In this document: positions 58,466-64,000 of the stretch, piece after piece | How positions within the stretch are numbered: the first letter of the stretch is position 1 | How the letters are laid out: each line of letters begins with the position of its first letter | Assembly: GCA_963831005.1 (NCBI GenBank) | Contig: CAWHOW010000027.1 | Coordinates: forward strand, 45,002-109,001 | Source of the DNA: an uncultured Bacteroidota bacterium | GTDB taxonomy: Bacteria; Bacteroidota; Bacteroidia; Bacteroidales; CG2-30-32-10 | Direction of reading: 5' to 3' | Length of the DNA stretch: 64,000 nt | Notes under the pieces: model-generated | What the model saw: the letters and a program-made list of their open reading frames with translations, nothing else | What the model was told of the DNA's origin: nothing | Databases searched by the model: none | Position numbers and translations under genes: made by a program

Positions 58466-60390
58466 GCAAGGGCATTTCAGCCCAGAGCCTCTCGCAAAAC
58501 CGTACGGGAAACTCTCGCTTCATACGGCTTTTGTCATTTTTAAACCTTTAACAAAGAAACCTTGTTTCCAGGGTTCAAACAATGTAGGTTTTGCTTTTCT
58601 AATACGCATAAGCATACCGTAGGCTTTGCCAATATTGTTTCTTAATGCTTTATACCTGTTCATAATCCATTTGAGTAGCCTGCGATGAAAATTATAAAAA
58701 ATAAATGACATTGCTGATTTCCGAAACTTTCCGTAATAATTCAACCATCCCCGAAATTTGGGGTTCAGTTCTGCTGCGATTCCTTCAATGGTGTTTGATG
58801 TCCACCGATGAAAATGGCTTTGTCGTAGCATTGTCAAAATACGTTTCCGTGATTTTACGCTTATCCCTAAATCAAATCCCAGAAACTTATATCCATCCTC
58901 CTTCCCCTTTGATGTTCGTGGTTTGAAGGTGTACCCCAGAAAATCAAACTTCACATGTTTATAATTCCCTGTTCGTTTGTGGTCTTTGCAGTAAACAATC
59001 TTTGTCTTTTCAGGGTGTAGTTCCAGTTCACAATTCTGCATTCGTTCTTCAAGCCTTATCAAGTAATTTTTCCGCTTGCTCTTTGGTGCGGCAATGCACA
59101 ATGATGTCATCGGCATATCGCTCGAATTTCGCACCCCAAAAGCGCTTTGTTAGCCATTGGTCAAAAGCATAGTGCAGAAACAAGTTGGCAAGCAAAGGAC
59201 TTATGACTCCGCCCTGCGGTGTCCCTTTTCCTTCTTTGTATATCAGTTCTCCGCCTTCTTTTTGCACAGGTGCATTAAGCCAGCGTTTAATATACATCTT
59301 AACCCACTTTTCATTCACATGCTTGTCAATGGAAAGGAGTAACTTTTCATGACTGATGTTATCGAAGAATCCTTTTATGTCAATATCTACCACCCAACTA
59401 TACAGCCAGCAATTTCGTCTCGCCTTTGCTAATGCATCATGTGCACTGCGATTTGGACGATAACCATAGCTGCTCTCGTGGAAGATTCTTTCCATTCTTG
59501 GTTCAAGATAATCTTTTACTACCATCTGTGCCACTCTGTCCCCTACCGTAGTGATTCCAAGCTTTCGGGTTTTCCCGTCTTCTTTTGGTATCTCTACTTC
59601 CTTTACAGGGGGCGGAAAATATGTACCCGATGAAAGCCTGTTCCAGACTTTATACAGGTTGTCGGCATAGTCTTTCTTCAAATATTTTCAGACTTTCTCC
59701 GTCAACTCCTGGATAGCTTTTGTTGGCTTTCACCTTTTTGTATGCTACCCGTACCATCTGTTTTGTTACAGTTGCTCTGGTTTTGTTTCACTCATCCTAA
59801 TCCTCTCCGCCAACTGGCGGATTGTTAAAACTTGTTATACTAAATGACCTAAGTCCTTCGCTCCTTTCATGTTTCCATGAGTATCTTCACTACTACTACT
59901 TAGTCCGTCACCTCTCGATGCTTCGATATTTTTAGCCTTGTGTTGCTTCACTTGTGCCGTTTCTCTTTAATTGTCCAGCGAATCCTCAAGCGGTAGCCTT
60001 ATTTTTTGACAATCTATCATCATCGGGAGGTTTCCCTCGTTCCTTCAATGAGCCTGATTAAAGGTCATGCCTCCTTAATATCGGTTGACGCATAGCCGGT
60101 AAACAGGTCTCTGCTATACTCTTCCTGCCGATAGCACAAAATCAACAGTTTTGTCAACGGGTTACATTGTCTCTACACTTCTTAATAGGTTTACTTTCGT
60201 TCATCTCCTTTAACCTTACCTGATTTTGCTTGCTGCAAAACCTTGCTCTTTATCGCTCAGCACCATAACTTTTGATTACAGCACCATAAAGTGGTTTGGA
60301 AGCTACTCCTGTAAGTCGCTTCCGGTGGGTCGTCCACCATCTCATTTAAAGCTCGTCAAAGAACTACTGTCCTCTTTCTTCGAGGCGCAC
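58462..60390 (-). mobile_element. Bacterial group II intron (about 1.93 kb), boundaries +/-2 nt
   Basis: On the minus strand the 5' end is GTGCGCC at 60390. Domain V is AAGCCGTATGAAGCGAGAGTTTCCCGTACGGTTTT (AGC triad, GAGA tetraloop; about 58497-58530). A domain VI-like tail ends ...GCCCTTGCCTAC. An RT/maturase ORF sits in domain IV. Confidence 0.8.
58520..59795 (-). pseudogene. Group II intron reverse transcriptase/maturase, broken into four frames
   Basis: The pieces are MSETKPEQ / ATVTKQMVRVAYKKVKANKSYPGVDGESLKIFEE / KDYADNLYKVWNRL...LGITTVGDRVAQ...GTPQGGVISPLLANLFL...RYADDIIVHC...EKLLDKA / LEERMQNCELELHPEKTKIV...FLGY...X-domain (RGWLNYYGKF). There is no En domain. Frame changes lie near 59775, 59685 and 59055. 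Confidence 0.8.
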
Positions 60391-60681
60391 TATGCTTCAA
60401 TCAATTTTAAATATATTATTGATAAATGGTCATACATAACTGAAGTAGTCTCATTACTTGTATATACATATCAAAATGCAAATCGTACAATTAGGACACT
60501 CAAAGAAGATAAAGATATTATAGAAGGATATATTGTAAGTAATTTTGCTAAAGAAGAGTTAATGTGTCCTTGTGCAAAGACTTTAATAAATAAAAAATAT
60601 TCTAAAACAAAACCACCAAGAATTCCATATCATATTGGTTGTAATTGTGAACTTGAAAGCACATTAGATTTTGAAGATTAA
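60391..60681 (+). pseudogene. 3' part of the intron-interrupted gene (Cys-rich C-terminal domain)
   Basis: The frame from 60391 reads YASINFKYIIDKWSY...EELMCPCAKTLINKKYSKTKPPRIPYHIGCNCELESTLDFED. It joins in frame to 56960-58462 if the intron occupies 58463-60390. The upstream part of ORF 60226-60681 is intron sequence read on the opposite strand. Confidence 0.5.
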
Positions 60682-60911
60682 AAAATTGCCAGCGGCTAAC
60701 TTGCTTGCTTCAATGGCTCTTTGAAGTAGGAAGCAGGCAATAAAAAGTAATTTCTCTGTGTACTTTGCGCCACCTTTGCGCACTTTGCGGTTAAAATTTT
60801 CAATAACTATTAATGACAACTAATGACACGAAGTAAATGACAATAAATAAAAATCAGCGTAAATCAGTATTTTCAGTGTCATCAGCGTTCCCATTAAAAA
60901 CAATTCAACTT

Positions 60912-62960
60912 ATGAAACACAAAAATATCTTTTCAATACTCCTCGTTTTCATTCTTGTTACTTCGGCTAACGCTACTGTTTACAACGTAACCAACACCAA
61001 TGATGCAGGAAGCGGTTCACTGCGGCAGGTAATCACTAATGTAAACATGTTTCCGGGAACTGATACTATTAAGTTTAATATACCTGTTTCCGACCCAAAT
61101 TATAATTCCTCACAAGGTGTTTGGGAAATCATTCCGCTATCCGATTTGCCAATACTTACACATAGTAATGTATTTATTGATGGCTCTTCTCAAACCGCAA
61201 GCCAGGGAAATACCAATCAATATGGTCCTGAAATAATGATAAACGGAAATCATTCAACAGGCTCCGATTATGCTTTTAATTTATATAATGTATCAAGTGT
61301 TACCATCAAAGGCTTTATTATTGGCGGGTTTACCGTTGGCATTGAGATAGACGGAACCAGCCACAACAATACTATTATAGGGAATTACATAGGTTGTAAT
61401 TATAACGCCACCGACACTTTGAGCAATACCGAAGGAATTGAAATCATGGGTGGCCCTTATAGCAATACCATAGGAGGAGCAACAGCAGACAAGCAGAATA
61501 TTGTTTCCGGCAACAGGGATGTGGGTATTCGCGCAGTAAACTCTAACAGTAATATTATTAAAGGGAATTATGTAGGATTGAACCGCACAGGTAATGCCGC
61601 CCTTAGAAACACCGAAGGTATCAGCATTGAAGGAACTTCAAAATATAATATTATTGGTGGGTATACTACTGCAGAAAGAAATTATGTTTCAGGAAATGAT
61701 GCTTACGGTATTACGGTTTACGGAGACTATAATATTATTGTAGGAAATTTTGTAGGAACAGATATTACAGGTACAGATTCCATTCCCAATACATACGGAG
61801 TTTTATTTGATGAAGGCGCTTGCTATAACAGGCTTGGAGGAACTGTACCAGGCGCAGGCAATTTAATGTCGGGTAATTCAGGCTATGGTGTATTTATTTA
61901 TAATTTAGGTACACTAGCTGATACTGTTGTCGGTAATCTCATAGGAACAGATGTTACGGGCACTCTGCCCCTGCCCAATACAAATGGTATGGTAATCGAC
62001 GGCATAGCTTCAAAACATTATATTGACAGTAATGTGGTTTCAGCTAACCGTCAATGTGGCATTGACATTCATATCAGCGGAACAGACAGCAATGTAATAG
62101 TAAGAAATAAGATTGGCACAGACATTACAGGGACACAGGCTTTAGGAAATGCAATTGACGGAATCCGTATTGCAGAGGGTGGGCAACACAACAGAATAGG
62201 TTTACCCGGCAATGGAAATATCATTGCTTATAACGGAGGCAATGGAATAACTTTAATGACTGCCGCCGACCTGTATAATACTATTACAGAAAACTCTATT
62301 TATAGTAATGCTGCTCTTGGCATTGATCTTTATCCTGCCGGTGTGAATGTCAACGATGCCGGAAGCGCTGATACAACAGGGCCAAATGGTCTGATGAATT
62401 ATCCGGTGATACAGAATGTGAATCTGAATGCTATAAGTGGAATTACATCCATCTCGGGAACTATTGATTATACTATACATAGCGGGGCTAACGGAATAAG
62501 AATTGAATTGTTCAAATCTGATAATAATGCATCGGGATATGGCGAAGGAAAAGAATTCATTGGTTCTGCTATTGCAGATGCCGCAGGCAACTGGTCGTTC
62601 AGTTGTGCATGTCTTTCAGGTACTGATAAAGTTACTTCTACCGCCACTGACCTTCTGGGAAACACTTCTGAATTTTCACTAAACAGCAGTGTTATTACTT
62701 CCGTGAATGATATTGCATTGAACAATGATCTGATGTTATATCCTAATCCTGCGAGTACTATTTTAGTAGTAGAATTTTCAAATGTAAATTTTAAGAACGC
62801 TGATTATAAAATCATAAATGCAAATGGAGAAGTTGTTCTGGCAGGGAATTTAAGAGAAATGAAAAGTATCATCAATATAAACACACTAGAAGAAGGAGTT
62901 TATTCTATTCAAATAAATAACAAAATTTATAGTATTACCAGAAAAGTAATAATACGTTAA
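60912..62960 (+). CDS. Right-handed parallel beta-helix T9SS protein (paralog of 52413-55422)
   Basis: Signal peptide MKHKNIFSILLVFILV, GSLRQVI motif, IGG..A...N.(V/I)SGN repeats and the CTD LYPNPASTILVVEF...GVYSIQI. The ORF-track start at 60837 lies in a repeat-derived leader. Confidence 0.8.
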   Translation: MKHKNIFSILLVFILVTSANATVYNVTNTNDAGSGSLRQVITNVNMFPGTDTIKFNIPVSDPNYNSSQGVWEIIPLSDLPILTHSNVFIDGSSQTASQGNTNQYGPEIMINGNHSTGSDYAFNLYNVSSVTIKGFIIGGFTVGIEIDGTSHNNTIIGNYIGCNYNATDTLSNTEGIEIMGGPYSNTIGGATADKQNIVSGNRDVGIRAVNSNSNIIKGNYVGLNRTGNAALRNTEGISIEGTSKYNIIGGYTTAERNYVSGNDAYGITVYGDYNIIVGNFVGTDITGTDSIPNTYGVLFDEGACYNRLGGTVPGAGNLMSGNSGYGVFIYNLGTLADTVVGNLIGTDVTGTLPLPNTNGMVIDGIASKHYIDSNVVSANRQCGIDIHISGTDSNVIVRNKIGTDITGTQALGNAIDGIRIAEGGQHNRIGLPGNGNIIAYNGGNGITLMTAADLYNTITENSIYSNAALGIDLYPAGVNVNDAGSADTTGPNGLMNYPVIQNVNLNAISGITSISGTIDYTIHSGANGIRIELFKSDNNASGYGEGKEFIGSAIADAAGNWSFSCACLSGTDKVTSTATDLLGNTSEFSLNSSVITSVNDIALNNDLMLYPNPASTILVVEFSNVNFKNADYKIINANGEVVLAGNLREMKSIININTLEEGVYSIQINNKIYSITRKVIIR

Positions 62961-63291
62961 ATATTCCTCGACCTTGATTCAATTGGAATTCATGAAAAAT
63001 TTTCGTTCTTCATTCTGAAGGAATCAAAAATCTACTGAATACTGCTTGGATATTGCTTTTGCTATAGAGTTAAACAGAACACATTAGCATAATATTCGCA
63101 AGCAGCTAACCCTAAGGTAAATCGATAGTAGTGTTTTTATCAATATTAGAACAGAAAGAATAAAAAAGCAGCTTAAAATTTAGCTGCTTTTTTATAAATG
63201 ATGTTAAGCAAAAAAGCCATGCTTACATTCAGGCAGGCAACTTACCTATTAAAAACTAAGAAATAAACAGATAAAAAGAATTAAAATATAT

Positions 63292-64000
63292 TCAATGAAA
63301 TTCTTCAACAAAGTCGAATTTAAAGGGAATCACTAATTTCCCTTCATTATCTATAAATCCCCACTTCCCGTTTTTTCTGACGGAAACCAAGCCATTACTG
63401 TAATTACCGACAGCCTCATATACGGGAGGAATATATAATTCTCCTTTTGAATCAATAAATCCCCATTTTTTACCTACTTCAACACCTGTCATGGTTTTAT
63501 TGTATGGCATAGCCGAAATATAATTCTTAAAAACCTGTACGCCAAGTTTATTTACAAATTCAACACTGTCGCCATTTGTTGCACTCAAAATCCCATTACT
63601 ATAATTATAGCAACTGTTAAAATAGCCAATACCGGCAACAATTCGTCCGCCGGTATCTATAAGTATCGCCCTGTGATCGGAGGTTTCCATCAAAGCAGTA
63701 TCGTTAAGGAAATCACGCCCAAAATCCCCATTGTTATATGTTAATTTTATTTTACCCTGTTTGTCAATATAACCATCTCCCGGATCGACCATCGAAATTC
63801 CAATACAAGCAAGTCCGTCATGGAAATCGGAAGCAGCTCTCATTTCGGGGCTGAGAATGATGTTCCCATTCCAGTCAACATATTGCCATTTACCACCGTT
63901 AATAAAATTACGGTCATCCCAAAAGCCTCCTGTATTGGCAAGCGCCAAGCCGCAGGATAAAATGGAAACAAAATCCATGCCTTTAACAGTGCTTAGTATG
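63292..64000 (-). CDS. WG (KWG) repeat-containing protein, 5' end beyond the window
   Basis: Repeats of KWGFID..G.(L/I)(V/Y)IP..(F/Y). The frame stays open upstream of the annotated Met to the window edge. Confidence 0.65.
   Translation of the reverse strand, partial: ILSTVKGMDFVSILSCGLALANTGGFWDDRNFINGGKWQYVDWNGNIILSPEMRAASDFHDGLACIGISMVDPGDGYIDKQGKIKLTYNNGDFGRDFLNDTALMETSDHRAILIDTGGRIVAGIGYFNSCYNYSNGILSATNGDSVEFVNKLGVQVFKNYISAMPYNKTMTGVEVGKKWGFIDSKGELYIPPVYEAVGNYSNGLVSVRKNGKWGFIDNEGKLVIPFKFDFVEEFH

Noticed and set aside
58520-59795. Retron or diversity-generating retroelement reverse transcriptase
   Set aside because: The RT is followed by a maturase X domain and sits inside RNA with a 5' GTGCG and a canonical domain V, so it is a group II intron IEP. 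I found no template/variable repeat pair and no msr/msd-like inverted repeats.
60226-60390. N-terminal 55 codons of ORF 60226-60681
   Set aside because: This part is the 5' end of the group II intron (domain I) read on the opposite strand. Only the portion from 60391 onward belongs to the interrupted host gene.

Overview
Low-GC, Bacteroidota-type chromosomal segment. The phylum call rests on six secreted proteins with T9SS C-terminal sorting domains, TAnnTTTG-like promoter boxes and typical multi-hairpin intergenic repeats. Layout: (1) 1-7.2 kb holds housekeeping genes (EamA transporter, class V aminotransferase, IMPase, Lgt, SDR). (2) 7.4-11.1 kb holds tRNA-Lys(UUU), then a small accessory patch with one hypothetical gene and an apparently intact IS21 (istAB). 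(3) 11.2-26.8 kb is a co-directional minus-strand [FeFe]-hydrogenase locus. It contains hydA, an unusual NuoF-GltD-fused hydB, hydC and the maturases hydF, hydG and hydE. Five signalling genes split the maturases, including a HydS-type sensory hydrogenase domain fused directly to a histidine kinase. The locus is bracketed by a diverged 78-bp direct repeat. I consider this the most interesting system in the window. (4) 26.8-31.1 kb is decayed or repetitive: a long palindromic element, a 41-bp tandem array, a frameshifted phosphoesterase and a 1.18-kb tandem duplication of a degraded T9SS cargo gene. (5) 31-47 kb holds a GT87-like membrane protein, bifunctional FTCD, three TMTC-like GT-C/TPR glycosyltransferase paralogs, a T9SS S1/P1 nuclease, an orphan [NiFe]-type maturation protease, a redoxin and a YVTN propeller. 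(6) 48-64 kb holds an IS4-like remnant, a GC-rich noncoding patch, BNR and parallel-beta-helix T9SS proteins, and an AT-rich two-gene cassette cut by an antisense group II intron with a broken RT/maturase ORF. Two 21-bp (heptad-coding) tandem arrays lie at 34.6-35.1 kb and 55.7-56.1 kb. All product names come from motif recognition by eye; no database search was run. Hand-derived coordinates may be off by 1-2 nt.
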